From the NCBI GenBank assembly GCA_937864535.1, contig CALMJS010000031.1, positions 23,468-87,467 of the forward strand: DNA of 64,000 nt, written 5' to 3'. Within the stretch, counting starts at the first letter, position 1. The number at the start of each line of letters is the position of its first letter. Of this stretch, positions 10,416 to 20,351 are shown piece by piece. The notes beneath the pieces were generated by a model. It was not told where the DNA came from and made no database searches. It saw only the letters and a program-made list of their open reading frames with translations. The translations under genes and the position numbers were made by a program. This stretch comes from an uncultured Rhodobacteraceae bacterium. Its GTDB lineage: Bacteria; Pseudomonadota; Alphaproteobacteria; Rhodobacterales; Rhodobacteraceae.

Positions 10416-11366
10416 ATGACAAAACCGGCCCTCACTCTCTACCTCGCTGCGCCGCGCGGCTTTTGCGCGGGCGTGGATCGCGCGATCAAGATCGTCGAAC
10501 TCGCCATCGAAAAATGGGGGGCTCCGGTCTATGTGCGGCACGAAATCGTGCATAACAAATTCGTCGTCGACAGCCTGCGCGACAAGGGCGCGGTTTTTGT
10601 CGAAGAATTGGACGAATGCCCCGTGGATCGTCCGGTGATTTTTTCGGCCCATGGCGTGCCAAAGTCGGTCCCGGCGGACGCAGAACGTCGCAACATGGTC
10701 TACGTCGATGCCACCTGCCCGCTAGTCTCCAAGGTCCATATCGAGGCTGCCCGCCACGCCGACGACGGCCTACAAATGATCATGATCGGCCATGACGGCC
10801 ACCCGGAAACGATCGGCACCATGGGCCAATTGCCTGACGGCGAGGTGCTGCTGGTCGAAACCGTGGAAGATGTCGCCAAGGTCACCGTCCGCAATCCGTC
10901 AAAACTGGCCTTTGTCACCCAGACCACGCTGTCGGTCGATGACACCAAGGACATCGTTGCGGCGCTACAGGCCCGGTTTCCCGCGATTGTCGGCCCGCAC
11001 AAGGAAGACATCTGCTACGCCACCACCAACCGCCAAGAAGCGGTCAAAGCGATTGCGCCAAACTGCGACGCACTTCTGGTCGTTGGCGCGCCGAATTCCT
11101 CCAACTCCAAACGTCTGGTCGAGGTTGCCGCAAAGAATGGTTGCTCCTATGCGCAACTGGTGCAGCGCGCGACAGAGATTGACTGGCGGGCGCTCGACGG
11201 GATCAAAACCGTGGGCATCACCGCCGGAGCCTCGGCGCCAGAGGTGCTGATCAACGAGGTGATCGACGCCTTTGCCGACCGCTATGCCGTCACGGTGGAA
11301 AAGGTCGTCACCGCCGAAGAGCATATCGAATTCAAGGTGCCACGTGTGTTGAGAGAAACAGCATGA
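10416..11366 (+). CDS. ispH: 4-hydroxy-3-methylbut-2-enyl diphosphate reductase
   Basis: [35 protein letters not shown] are IspH/LytB signatures. Confidence 0.95.
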   Translation: MTKPALTLYLAAPRGFCAGVDRAIKIVELAIEKWGAPVYVRHEIVHNKFVVDSLRDKGAVFVEELDECPVDRPVIFSAHGVPKSVPADAERRNMVYVDATCPLVSKVHIEAARHADDGLQMIMIGHDGHPETIGTMGQLPDGEVLLVETVEDVAKVTVRNPSKLAFVTQTTLSVDDTKDIVAALQARFPAIVGPHKEDICYATTNRQEAVKAIAPNCDALLVVGAPNSSNSKRLVEVAAKNGCSYAQLVQRATEIDWRALDGIKTVGITAGASAPEVLINEVIDAFADRYAVTVEKVVTAEEHIEFKVPRVLRETA

Positions 11367-11791
11367 AGCACATTCCGATTGCCCCTCTCGCCCTTGGGCT
11401 GGCTGGTCTGATCCCGTTTGGGTTTGGCGCACTGACAACCCTGGGCTGGCTGCCCAATGTCGGCGCCTATGGTGGTCCGTTTTTTGCGCTGACCTATGGC
11501 ACCGTCATATTGTCGTTTATGTCGGGTGTCTTATGGGGCTTTGCCACCAAGGCCGAGGGCAGCAAGGCCGCTGTTTGCTATAGCCTGTCGGTGATCCCGG
11601 CACTCTGGGCATTCTTTATGCGCGGCGACACTTTGACCGGCGCGGTCATATACCAGGTGACCGGCTTTGTCGGGCTGTTCCTGCTGGACTGGCAGTTTGC
11701 GCAATGGGGCCTGACACCGGCGTGGTGGCTGCGACTGCGCGCCATTCTGACGTCTGTCGTCGTGCTTTGTCTCTTGGCGCTGATGATCTGA
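11363..11791 (+). CDS. DUF3429-like small membrane protein
   Basis: 142 aa, 4 predicted TM segments. Overlaps the ispH stop and the rnhA start (TGATG). Confidence 0.55.
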   Translation: MKHIPIAPLALGLAGLIPFGFGALTTLGWLPNVGAYGGPFFALTYGTVILSFMSGVLWGFATKAEGSKAAVCYSLSVIPALWAFFMRGDTLTGAVIYQVTGFVGLFLLDWQFAQWGLTPAWWLRLRAILTSVVVLCLLALMI

Positions 11792-12243
11792 TGGCTGATT
11801 TGTTTGCTTATACGGACGGTGCCTGTTCTGGTAACCCCGGTCCCGGCGGCTGGGGCGTGCTACTCTTGGCCAAGAACGGCGCAGAGGTCCTGAAAGAACG
11901 TGAACTCTGTGGCGGCCAGGCTGACACCACAAACAACCGGATGGAATTGCTGGCCGCGATCAACGCGCTTGAAGTTCTGGACCGTCCCAGTGCGATCACC
12001 GTGATCACCGATAGCGCCTACGTCAAAGGCGGCATCACCGAATGGATGTGGGGCTGGAAGAAAAAGGGCTGGAAAACCAGCACCAACAAGCCCGTCAAGA
12101 ACGAGGACCTGTGGAAACGTCTGGACGAAGCCGCCAAGCGGCATCAGGTCAAATGGGAATGGGTCAAGGGCCATGCAGGCCATCCCGAAAACGAACGTGC
12201 GGATGAGCTGGCCCGACGTGGCATGAAACCGTTCAAGGGCTAG
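11791..12243 (+). CDS. rnhA: Ribonuclease HI
   Basis: [25 protein letters not shown]..., [29 protein letters not shown]. Confidence 0.95.
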   Translation: MADLFAYTDGACSGNPGPGGWGVLLLAKNGAEVLKERELCGGQADTTNNRMELLAAINALEVLDRPSAITVITDSAYVKGGITEWMWGWKKKGWKTSTNKPVKNEDLWKRLDEAAKRHQVKWEWVKGHAGHPENERADELARRGMKPFKG

Positions 12244-12252
12244 AGGCGCACC

Positions 12253-12714
12253 CTAGCGATATAGCGTCTTCGCCCGCTCCTCGAACGCGCGAACGACGCG
12301 GCCCATCGCTTCGTTAAAGAACATCCCGGCAGCGCCCTGTAGCAGCTTGCTCTTGAACTCGAAGTCCACCTCGAAGGACACCTCGCAGCAGCCCGGCACA
12401 TCGGCAAACCGCCATGTGCTGTTCAGATGTTTAAACGGGCCGTCGATATAGGCGGTGTCGATCTGCTGCCGCTGCGGCCAAAGCGTCACCCGCGACCCGA
12501 AAGATTCGCGGAACACTTTGAACGAGATCACCAAATCCGCCAGCATCACCGAATGATCGCCCATATCTGTCACGGACCTAATACGCGCCCCCGCGGTCCA
12601 CGGCAGAAACTTGGGGTAATTCGCGACATCAGCCACCAGATCATACATCTGCTGGGCGCTGTAGGGCAGGATTTTGGTTTCAGCGTGCTGGGGCATTTGG
12701 GGCCTATCCGTCAA
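12253..12714 (-). CDS. SRPBCC (RatA/COQ10-like START domain) protein
   Basis: [22 protein letters not shown] is typical of the RatA/Coq10 family. Confidence 0.8.
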   Translation of the reverse strand: MTDRPQMPQHAETKILPYSAQQMYDLVADVANYPKFLPWTAGARIRSVTDMGDHSVMLADLVISFKVFRESFGSRVTLWPQRQQIDTAYIDGPFKHLNSTWRFADVPGCCEVSFEVDFEFKSKLLQGAAGMFFNEAMGRVVRAFEERAKTLYR

Positions 12715-12826
12715 ACTAGCCCCTAATTACGCTCTACCTGTCCTGGTGCAACCCCTTTACCCGAAATCACCTTTGACTCGCCCCTCCCCGCTGTCCCAAG
12801 GTCGGCGCACACCCCACGGAGTCGCC

Positions 12827-13363
12827 ATGCCAAACCGCCCCCACGTGATTGACGAACTGATATCAGCCAAGGCCATCGCCGCCCGCATCGAGGCACTGGC
12901 CAAGGAGATCTGCCACGAATTTTCCGACACCGACAAATTGGTCGTCGTTGGCCTATTGCGGGGGTCCTTTGTGTTCATCGCGGATCTTGTGCGCGAACTG
13001 ACCCTGCCGGTCGAGGTCGATTTCCTAGAGGCGTCGTCCTATGGCGATAGCACCGAGAGCAGCCGCGAGGTCCGCATCCTCAAGGACCTGCGCGGCACCA
13101 TCGAGGGGCGCGATGTGCTGTTGGTCGAAGACATCGTCGACACCGGCCATACGCTGACCCGCGTGACCGAGTTCCTGAACGCCCGCCACCCCAAGCGATT
13201 GAAAACAATCGCGCTTTTGGACAAACCATCGCGACGCGAGGTCCCGTTTACCGCAGATTGGACCGGCTTTGAAATTCCGGACAAATTCGTCGTCGGCTAT
13301 GGTATCGACTTCGCCCAGCGCAACAGGAACCTGCCCTACATCGGCGCGGTCAGGTTTCTGTAA
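12827..13363 (+). CDS. hpt: Hypoxanthine phosphoribosyltransferase
   Basis: [16 protein letters not shown] and the PRPP loop [14 protein letters not shown]. The ATG at 12827 is internal to the longer track ORF. Confidence 0.9.
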   Translation: MPNRPHVIDELISAKAIAARIEALAKEICHEFSDTDKLVVVGLLRGSFVFIADLVRELTLPVEVDFLEASSYGDSTESSREVRILKDLRGTIEGRDVLLVEDIVDTGHTLTRVTEFLNARHPKRLKTIALLDKPSRREVPFTADWTGFEIPDKFVVGYGIDFAQRNRNLPYIGAVRFL

Positions 13364-14210
13364 ACACGGGCTGCCTCGACAGATAGTCGGTCAACCACGC
13401 CCGCACCCGGCGCAAACGCGGCACCCGCGCCATGTCAACATGACTCGCCACCCAGAGCGGGACGCTTGGCATGGCAATGCCGGGATCGAACGGCACCAGC
13501 CTGGGATCGCCCGCAGCCAGAACCACAGGCAAAAGCGTCTGGCCAACCCCCGCCGCAACCAGTTCCCGCAATACCACAAAACTATCGGCCCCCGTCACGC
13601 TGCCTTCTCCGGTCAACTGAGCGTTCAGCCATTCGGCCATCTGCGACCGCGACAACGCGCCGCGCAGTCCCAGCCACGGCAACGCACCATCCTTCCCAAC
13701 AGGGCGATAGGCCGCAATTCGCAGCACCCCGGCCTGGGTTCCGATCAATTCTTCGGGAAGTTTCTGTGAGGGGCGCACGGTTATATCGGCATGCAACCGC
13801 GCCAGATCCAGATGGGCATTCGTGCAATGCAGCTCGACCGACACCCCCGGTAGTTGCTCGGTCATCGCCGCCACGGCCAAGGGCAAAACAGACGAACACA
13901 GCGTATCGGTAGAGGTGATCCGCACGATGCCGGCCACCTGCGCGGCCTCCCCCTTTACAACCTGTTCAACTGTTTGAATCGCAACATAAACTTCGCGAAC
14001 AGCATCCATCAGTTTCTGCCGTTCCGGCGGCACAGAATACCCCTGTGGTGTGCGATCGAATATGGCGCGCCCCTGCCGCTCCTCATAGGCCGCGACGCGC
14101 CGCAGAACCGTCGCATGGTTCACCCCGAGCATGCGGGAGGCCGCACTCACCGACCCCGTATCGGCCACAGCCAGCACGAACCTGAGGTCATCCCAATTAT
14201 CCTTGTGCAT
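13350..14210 (-). CDS. LysR-family transcriptional regulator
   Basis: N-terminal wHTH ([35 protein letters not shown]) plus a LysR substrate-binding domain. Divergent from the cytochrome genes. Confidence 0.88.
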   Translation of the reverse strand: MHKDNWDDLRFVLAVADTGSVSAASRMLGVNHATVLRRVAAYEERQGRAIFDRTPQGYSVPPERQKLMDAVREVYVAIQTVEQVVKGEAAQVAGIVRITSTDTLCSSVLPLAVAAMTEQLPGVSVELHCTNAHLDLARLHADITVRPSQKLPEELIGTQAGVLRIAAYRPVGKDGALPWLGLRGALSRSQMAEWLNAQLTGEGSVTGADSFVVLRELVAAGVGQTLLPVVLAAGDPRLVPFDPGIAMPSVPLWVASHVDMARVPRLRRVRAWLTDYLSRQPVFTET

Positions 14211-14306
14211 AAATAGACACCCCCTAAGCATATTTGCCGAATGGCCTTCACTAATAACACAGCTACGATTTGACGCATTATTTGATTCACCTCCAGGGAG
14301 AGCCCG

Positions 14307-14780
14307 ATGTTTCGCACCGCCAAGGTCCTTTTGACCGCCGCCGCCCTAACTGCCACCCTACCCGCTGTCGCGCAGGACGTTGATCCCGCAATTGCTGGCG
14401 CGATCAAGGCCCGTCAGGCCCACATGCAGCTTCTGGCCTTCAACCTTGGCACCATCGGCGCGATGGCGCAGGGCAAGGCCGAGTACAACGCCGAGGCTGC
14501 CCAGGCTGCCGCCGACAACATCGTCGCGCTGACCACGATCCATCAGGCCGCCTACTGGCCCGAAGGGTCCGACAGCGTCTCCGTCGCCTCCAGCAACGCG
14601 CTTCCGGCGCTCTGGGCCGATTTCCCGGGCGTCATGGCCAAAGGCACAGCCATGTCCGAAGCCGCAGTGGCCATGCAGGCCGCCGCAGGCACCGACCTCG
14701 CGTCCTTGCAGGGGGCGATGGGGGCCCTTGGCGCCAGCTGCGGTGGCTGCCACGAAGCTTTCCGCAAACCCCGCCAATAA
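14307..14780 (+). CDS. Class II c-type cytochrome (cytochrome c'/c-556 family)
   Basis: Signal peptide, a four-helix-bundle-type sequence and a single C-terminal CGGCHEAFR haem site. Confidence 0.8.
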   Translation: MFRTAKVLLTAAALTATLPAVAQDVDPAIAGAIKARQAHMQLLAFNLGTIGAMAQGKAEYNAEAAQAAADNIVALTTIHQAAYWPEGSDSVSVASSNALPALWADFPGVMAKGTAMSEAAVAMQAAAGTDLASLQGAMGALGASCGGCHEAFRKPRQ

Positions 14781-14789
14781 GGCTCGCCG

Positions 14790-15686
14790 ATGAAGGGGCG
14801 CAACTACGCAACCGGTTTTGCGGCACTCACCGTTGCCGCGGCCGTGACGGGACTTTGGCTGACATCCCCAAATCCGATGGACTCCACCGTCTTGGAGGGC
14901 ATCACGCCGGACGCAGAGGCAGGGCGGATCGCCTTTGCCGCCGCCGGGTGCGCCTCTTGTCACGTTGCCCCCGACAGCGAGGCAAGCGACTCCCCGGTTC
15001 TAGCCGGGGGTCGCAGCTTTAGCACCGCATTCGGCACATTCTTCGCGCCCAACATCTCGCCCGACCCTGTTCAAGGGATCGGCTCGTGGTCGACCCTCGA
15101 CGTGGTGAATGCCGTCATGCGCGGCGTCTCTCCTGCCGGCGAACATTACTACCCGGCGTTTCCCTATTCGTCCTACGCCCGCGCCGAAGTGCAGGACGTA
15201 GCCAATATAGCCGCCTATCTGATGACGCTCCCGGCCAGCGACACCCCGTCACAGCCACACGACCTGAGCTTTCCGTTCAACATCAGGCTGTCGCTTGGCG
15301 GCTGGAAGCTGCTCTTCCAGAACACCGACTGGATTGTTTCCGGCGAACTGACGGAACAACAACAGCGTGGCCGCTACCTGGTCGAAGGCCTGGGCCACTG
15401 CGGCGAATGCCATACAGCCCGCAACGCACTCGGCGGTCTCGATACCGGAAAATGGCTCGGCGGTGCGGCTAATCCCTCGGGTCAGGGCCGGATTCCCAAC
15501 ATCACGCCCGGCGCTCTCACATGGTCAGCGTTTGACATCGCCGCCTATCTGGAAACCGGCTTTACCCCGGAATTTGACAGCGCTGGCGGCGAAATGGCGC
15601 ATGTTGTGCGCAATATGGCCCAACTGCCAGCCAGCGACCGCGAGGCGATCGCCGCCTACCTCAAAATCGTTCCGGCTGTCGAATAG
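14790..15686 (+). CDS. Dihaem c-type cytochrome
   Basis: Two CxxCH sites (CASCH, CGECH) and an N-terminal TM/signal segment. Confidence 0.8.
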   Translation: MKGRNYATGFAALTVAAAVTGLWLTSPNPMDSTVLEGITPDAEAGRIAFAAAGCASCHVAPDSEASDSPVLAGGRSFSTAFGTFFAPNISPDPVQGIGSWSTLDVVNAVMRGVSPAGEHYYPAFPYSSYARAEVQDVANIAAYLMTLPASDTPSQPHDLSFPFNIRLSLGGWKLLFQNTDWIVSGELTEQQQRGRYLVEGLGHCGECHTARNALGGLDTGKWLGGAANPSGQGRIPNITPGALTWSAFDIAAYLETGFTPEFDSAGGEMAHVVRNMAQLPASDREAIAAYLKIVPAVE

Positions 15687-15689
15687 CCC

Positions 15690-15750
15690 CTGTTTTCATC
15701 TTTCCGAAAAATACCTCCGCCGGAGGCTCGGTCCCCGTCAGGGGGCCGAA
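15690..15750 (+). repeat. Intergenic repeat copy 1 (conserved core plus hairpin)
   Basis: TTTTCATCTTTCCGAAAAATACCTCCGCCGGAGGC, then hairpin tcggtcccc-gtca-gggggccga. Confidence 0.9.
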
Positions 15751-15905
15751 TGCGTCATTTGCCACAACTCGGGCGGCAGGACCTTGACCAGCAGCACCAC
15801 TGCCACACAACCAAACAGCCAGCCGCCCGGTCGGGTAAACATCCAGATCAGGAACCAGATCAGAAAATTGACCGCCATCCGTGGCAGGCCAAGCAAAAAG
15901 AACAT
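15738..15905 (-). CDS. Candidate 55-aa two-TM small protein abutting the fmt stop
   Basis: My translation: MFFLLGLPRMAVNFLIWFLIWMFTRPGGWLFGCVAVVLLVKVLPPELWQMTHSAP. Its ATG directly follows the fmt TAA (TAAATG). It is below the ORF-track size cutoff. Confidence 0.35.
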   Translation of the reverse strand: MFFLLGLPRMAVNFLIWFLIWMFTRPGGWLFGCVAVVLLVKVLPPELWQMTHSAP

Positions 15906-16802
15906 TTACAGCATCTCTGGCAAGGAAAGTCCGCGCAGCGCCTCTGCGGTCTCCATCGGTTTCTTGCCTTCGCGCTGCAACCGCGTGATCTCGACCGCAC
16001 CTTCGCCACAGGCAACGACAAAGCCGTCCAACACTTGACCGGGCTGACCGTGCCCTGTTGCCAAACGGCTGGACAGCAGCTTGACCCTCTCGCCGCCGAT
16101 CATGCACCAAGCACCGGGGAACGGGGATAGCCCCCTGATTTTACGGTCGATTTCCTCGGCAGGCGCGGACCAGTCGATCCCGGCCTCTGCCTTGTCGATC
16201 TTGGCCGCATAGGTGACGCCCTCGGCAGGCTGGACCACGGGAACCAATTGGTCGAGCCGCGACAGCGCGGTCACAATCGCCTTGGCCCCCATATCCGACA
16301 GCCAGTCATGCAACTGGCCGGTGGTTTCCTCGGCCCCGATCGCGGTCGCTTGGCGCATCAGAACAGGTCCAGTGTCCAGCCCCGCCTCCATCTGCATGAT
16401 GCAAACCCCGGTTTCGGCGTCGCCCGCCATGATCGCCCGATGGATCGGCGCGGCGCCACGCCAGCGCGGCAACAGGGACGCGTGGATATTCAGACAGCCA
16501 AACCTTGGCGCATCCAGCAGACCCTGCGGCAGGATCAGCCCGTAGGCGACAACCACAGCGACATCGGCATTCAGCGCCACGAATTCCGCGACATCGCCTT
16601 CGGATCTAAATTTCACCGGATGACGGACCGTCAGGCCCAGTTGTTCTGCACGCGCCTGCACCGGCGATGGGCGATCTTTCTTGCCGCGTCCCGCCGGACG
16701 GGGCGGCTGCGAATAGACGGCAGCGATCTCGTGACCGGCAGCGACGAGCGCGTCCAAAACCGGAACCGAAAAATCAGGTGTCCCCATAAAGATGACGCGC
16801 AT
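15906..16802 (-). CDS. fmt: Methionyl-tRNA formyltransferase
   Basis: [16 protein letters not shown]..., [14 protein letters not shown] (the SLLP motif). Confidence 0.95.
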   Translation of the reverse strand: MRVIFMGTPDFSVPVLDALVAAGHEIAAVYSQPPRPAGRGKKDRPSPVQARAEQLGLTVRHPVKFRSEGDVAEFVALNADVAVVVAYGLILPQGLLDAPRFGCLNIHASLLPRWRGAAPIHRAIMAGDAETGVCIMQMEAGLDTGPVLMRQATAIGAEETTGQLHDWLSDMGAKAIVTALSRLDQLVPVVQPAEGVTYAAKIDKAEAGIDWSAPAEEIDRKIRGLSPFPGAWCMIGGERVKLLSSRLATGHGQPGQVLDGFVVACGEGAVEITRLQREGKKPMETAEALRGLSLPEML

Positions 16803-16805
16803 GGT

Positions 16806-17303
16806 TTATCCGTTCAGTTTCTTGGCCTTGCGGATCAGCATGTCCCGTTTGACCTTGGACAGGTGATCAAAATACATCTTGCCGTTCAGGTGATCGATCT
16901 GATGCTGCACAGAGGTGGCCCAAAGCCCGACAAAGTCGCGGTCCTCGATCTCACCGTTTTCATTCAGAAACCGCACCGTCACAGCACGCGGGCGCGTCAC
17001 CTTGGCCGACACACCGGGCAGATTGGGGCTGGCCTCTTCGTGATCGCGCGGCTGGACACTGGCGTGCAGCACTTCGGGATTGGCCATGCGCACGGCTTTG
17101 CCCCGCTCGTCCGAACAATCGACAACCGCCAGCCGCAGGGGAATGCCCAGTTGCACCGCCGCCAGACCGACCCCGGGCATGGCATCCATCGCCTCGATCA
17201 TCTCGGACCAAATCGCCCGAATGTCATCGGTGATCGCCTCGACCGGCGTTGCCACGGTCCGCAGCGATTTATGCGGGTACATAACGAACGGACGATGCGC
17301 CAT
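16806..17303 (-). CDS. Peptide-deformylase-like paralogue with degenerate active site
   Basis: Motif 1 is retained (GVGLAAVQ). Motif 2 EGCLS reads EASPN (Cys->Ser). Motif 3 HEIDH reads HQIDH (Glu->Gln). Overlaps the def stop (TAATG). Confidence 0.8.
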   Translation of the reverse strand: MAHRPFVMYPHKSLRTVATPVEAITDDIRAIWSEMIEAMDAMPGVGLAAVQLGIPLRLAVVDCSDERGKAVRMANPEVLHASVQPRDHEEASPNLPGVSAKVTRPRAVTVRFLNENGEIEDRDFVGLWATSVQHQIDHLNGKMYFDHLSKVKRDMLIRKAKKLNG

Positions 17304-17833
17304 TAGCCGCGCGCCCTCTCGCGTTTGTATTTCTGCATCTTGCGGGTGATCATCTGCCGCTTGAGCGGTTTGAGATAATCGATAAACAGCGTCCCGTTGA
17401 GGTGGTCGATTTCATGCTGGACGCAGGTCGCCCAGAGACCGTCGAACTGTTCCTCAACGGTTTTGCCGTCGACATCCAGCCAGCGAACGCGCACCAGTTT
17501 GGGGCGCGCGACCTCGGCGTATTGCTCTGGGATCGACAGACAGCCCTCTTCGTAGACGTTCTTTTCGTCCGATTCCCAGATGACCTCCGGGTTGATCAGC
17601 ACCATCGGCGCAGGCTTGGCCTCTGGATCACGCTGGGCGTCCATGACGATCAAACGGTTCAGGACGCCAATTTGCGGCGCAGCGAGCCCGATACCGGGCG
17701 CGTCATACATGGTTTCCAACATATCGTCGGCCTGCTTGCGGATTTCGGCGGAAACCTCGGCAATCGGGTCGGCAACCTTTTTCAGGCGCGGGTCGGGATG
17801 GATCAGAATAGGGCGTAGGGTCATGATCGGCAT
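17303..17833 (-). CDS. def: Peptide deformylase
   Basis: All three motifs are intact: GIGLAAPQ, EGCLSIP, QHEIDHLNG. Confidence 0.95.
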   Translation of the reverse strand: MPIMTLRPILIHPDPRLKKVADPIAEVSAEIRKQADDMLETMYDAPGIGLAAPQIGVLNRLIVMDAQRDPEAKPAPMVLINPEVIWESDEKNVYEEGCLSIPEQYAEVARPKLVRVRWLDVDGKTVEEQFDGLWATCVQHEIDHLNGTLFIDYLKPLKRQMITRKMQKYKRERARG

Positions 17834-17930
17834 GTAGCGATTCCCGTGCCAACTCGCAAGGATTGGCGCATTTGCCCTTGATCCCGTGCATCAGCGGCGC
17901 AACTCTGTCGCAAACGAAAAGAGGCCAAAC

Positions 17931-19100
17931 ATGAATTTTGACGATCCCATCGACCGCCGCGGCACCCATAACGTCAAATGGGACGAGATGGAGGCGATCT
18001 ACGGCGTCCCCGCGCAGGACGGCATCCCGATGTGGGTCGCTGACATGGATTTCGCTGCCCCCGACTGCGTTCGCGACGCGGTCCGCCAACAGGCAGAGCA
18101 CGGCGTCATGGGCTACTTTGGCAACGACCGCCCCTACAAAGAAGCCATCCAATGGTGGATGAGGACCCGTCACGGCTGGGATCTGGACACTGCCTCGATC
18201 TTTACGACCCACGGGCTGGTCAATGGCACGGCCCTCTGCGTGGATGCCTTCACCGCACCCGGTGACGGGGTCGTCCTGTTTACGCCGGTTTATCACGCCT
18301 TTGCCCGCGTGATCCGCGCCGCAGGCCGCCGTGTCGTGGAATGTCCGCTAACCTGCGTCAACGGCCGCTACGAATATGACTTCGACGCCTATGACGCACA
18401 GATGACCGGCAGTGAAAAAATGGTGATCCTGTGTTCCCCCCATAACCCGGGCGGCAGGGTCTGGACCAAGGCCGAACTCGAAGCGGTCGCCGCCTTTGCC
18501 ATCCGTCACGATCTGGTGCTGGTTTCGGATGAAATTCACCATGATCTGGTAATGCCCGGCCATACGCACATTCCCATGCCCCATATCGCTGGCATCGAGG
18601 ACCGGCTGGTGATGATGACCGCCACGACCAAGACGTTCAATATCGCCGGCAGCCATTCTGGCAATGTGATCATCGAAAACCCCGCCCTCCGCGCCAAATT
18701 CGCCGCACGGATGGCCGCGCTGGGGATATCGCCCAATTCCTTTGGCATGTTCATGGCCACCGCGGCCTACAGCCCCGCAGGCGCGACCTGGGTCGATGCG
18801 CTCTGCGCCTACCTCGACGGCAACCGCCGCCTGTTCGATGCGGCGATCAACGCGATTCCGGGCGTGACCTCCATGCCGCTCGAGGCGACCTACCTCGCGT
18901 GGGTTGATTTCGCAGACACAGGGATGCCGCGATCCGAATTCACCGCCCGCGTCGAACAAACCGCACATATCGCCGCCAACCACGGCACGACATTCGGTAC
19001 GGGCGGAGAATCGTTCCTGCGGTTCAATCTCGCGACACCACGCGCCCGTGTCACCGAGGCTGCGGAGCGGCTGGTCAACGCCTTCCGCGACCTCCAGTAG
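17931..19100 (+). CDS. MalY/PatB-type PLP-dependent C-S lyase (cystathionine beta-lyase family)
   Basis: FDDPIDRRGTHNVKWD, LCSPHNPGGRVW, TKTFNIAG (PLP lysine). AAGAGG Shine-Dalgarno before the ATG at 17931. Confidence 0.85.
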   Translation: MNFDDPIDRRGTHNVKWDEMEAIYGVPAQDGIPMWVADMDFAAPDCVRDAVRQQAEHGVMGYFGNDRPYKEAIQWWMRTRHGWDLDTASIFTTHGLVNGTALCVDAFTAPGDGVVLFTPVYHAFARVIRAAGRRVVECPLTCVNGRYEYDFDAYDAQMTGSEKMVILCSPHNPGGRVWTKAELEAVAAFAIRHDLVLVSDEIHHDLVMPGHTHIPMPHIAGIEDRLVMMTATTKTFNIAGSHSGNVIIENPALRAKFAARMAALGISPNSFGMFMATAAYSPAGATWVDALCAYLDGNRRLFDAAINAIPGVTSMPLEATYLAWVDFADTGMPRSEFTARVEQTAHIAANHGTTFGTGGESFLRFNLATPRARVTEAAERLVNAFRDLQ

Positions 19101-19103
19101 CCG

Positions 19104-19460
19104 TTAGCGATCGGGACCCGACAGAAACCCGACAGGCCTATCGTCCGGGCGCTCGAAATCAGCGGCCGGACCATCGGAAACGGGCGTCATCCACTTGAAC
19201 TCGAACACCCGTTCGTCCCCTTCCTCGCTGCTTGTCACCACCAAGGCTTGGTACAGCTGACGTGGACCATCATAAATCTGGACATGGCCGCGCAGATTTG
19301 GCGCATCCTGCGCATCAACAGAAAACCCGCTCTCCCACAGGCGCCGCAGCCGATACACCTTGTCGCCGTCATGCACACACAACCGTGACGACCGCTTGAC
19401 CGAGGCTCGCTTGGCCTCTTCAAACCCTCTTAGAACTGCATCGGGTAGATCTTCAAACAT
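19104..19460 (-). CDS. Hypothetical protein (118 aa)
   Basis: Clean ORF with host-like codon usage and no motif I can name. Confidence 0.45.
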   Translation of the reverse strand: MFEDLPDAVLRGFEEAKRASVKRSSRLCVHDGDKVYRLRRLWESGFSVDAQDAPNLRGHVQIYDGPRQLYQALVVTSSEEGDERVFEFKWMTPVSDGPAADFERPDDRPVGFLSGPDR

Positions 19461-19556
19461 GGCCGCACCTCTTCCTGATCAAAGGATGGCGCAGCCAGTT
19501 TGAAAATCAACCAGTCCAAAAGGATGATAATCCAACAGGTTAAAGGCGTGACTTGT

Positions 19557-20327
19557 TTACACCACCCGCGCCTTGGGGCGCAGGACATGCGGCTTTGCAG
19601 CATCATAGAGGGCGCTATCGGGGAACCCGTGATCCGACCCTAACGCCGGACCAACCAGAACCAGCGCCGTCCGGGTGATCTTGGCCTCACGCACCTTCGG
19701 CTGGATATCCGATAGCGTGCCCCGAATAATCATCTGATCGGGCCACCCCACGCGGTACACCACCGCCACCGGACAATCCGCCCCATAAAATGGCGCGAGC
19801 TGCCGCTCGATCTCACGCAGGGCGCGAATGCCCAGATGGATCGCCAGAGTTGCCCCCGTGCGCCCGAAATTCTCCAGCGTTTCCCCGTTCGGCATCGCCG
19901 TCGATTTCATCGACATCCGCGTCAACACGATCGACTGGGCAACTTCCGGAATCGTCAATTCCTGCCCCAGCGCTGCAGCCGCAGCCGCATAGGCTGGCAC
20001 GCCCGGTATGATCTGATAGTCGATCCCATCGATTTTCAGCCGCCGGATTTGCTCTGCAATCGCCCCATAGAGCGAGGGATCGCCGGAATGGACACGGGCG
20101 ACATTCTGCCCCTTGCCATGCGCAACCACGATCTCCGCATGGGTTTCGTCCAGTGTCATGCTGGCGGTATCCATCACCTTTGCACCCTCGGGCGCACAGG
20201 CCACAACCTCTTCTGGCACCAGCGATCCCGCATAGAGACACACTGGACATTCGCCAATCAGCCTCCGCGCCTTGATCGTCATCAACTCGGGATCACCGGG
20301 CCCCGCCCCTATAAAAAACACAGTCAT
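19557..20327 (-). CDS. cobM: Precorrin-4 C11-methyltransferase
   Basis: MTVFFIGAGPGDPELMTIKARRLIGECPVCLYAGSLVP is the CobM/CbiF signature. Confidence 0.9.
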   Translation of the reverse strand: MTVFFIGAGPGDPELMTIKARRLIGECPVCLYAGSLVPEEVVACAPEGAKVMDTASMTLDETHAEIVVAHGKGQNVARVHSGDPSLYGAIAEQIRRLKIDGIDYQIIPGVPAYAAAAAALGQELTIPEVAQSIVLTRMSMKSTAMPNGETLENFGRTGATLAIHLGIRALREIERQLAPFYGADCPVAVVYRVGWPDQMIIRGTLSDIQPKVREAKITRTALVLVGPALGSDHGFPDSALYDAAKPHVLRPKARVV

Positions 20328-20351
20328 CGCCGCGCCTCCTGCCTTTGTGCC

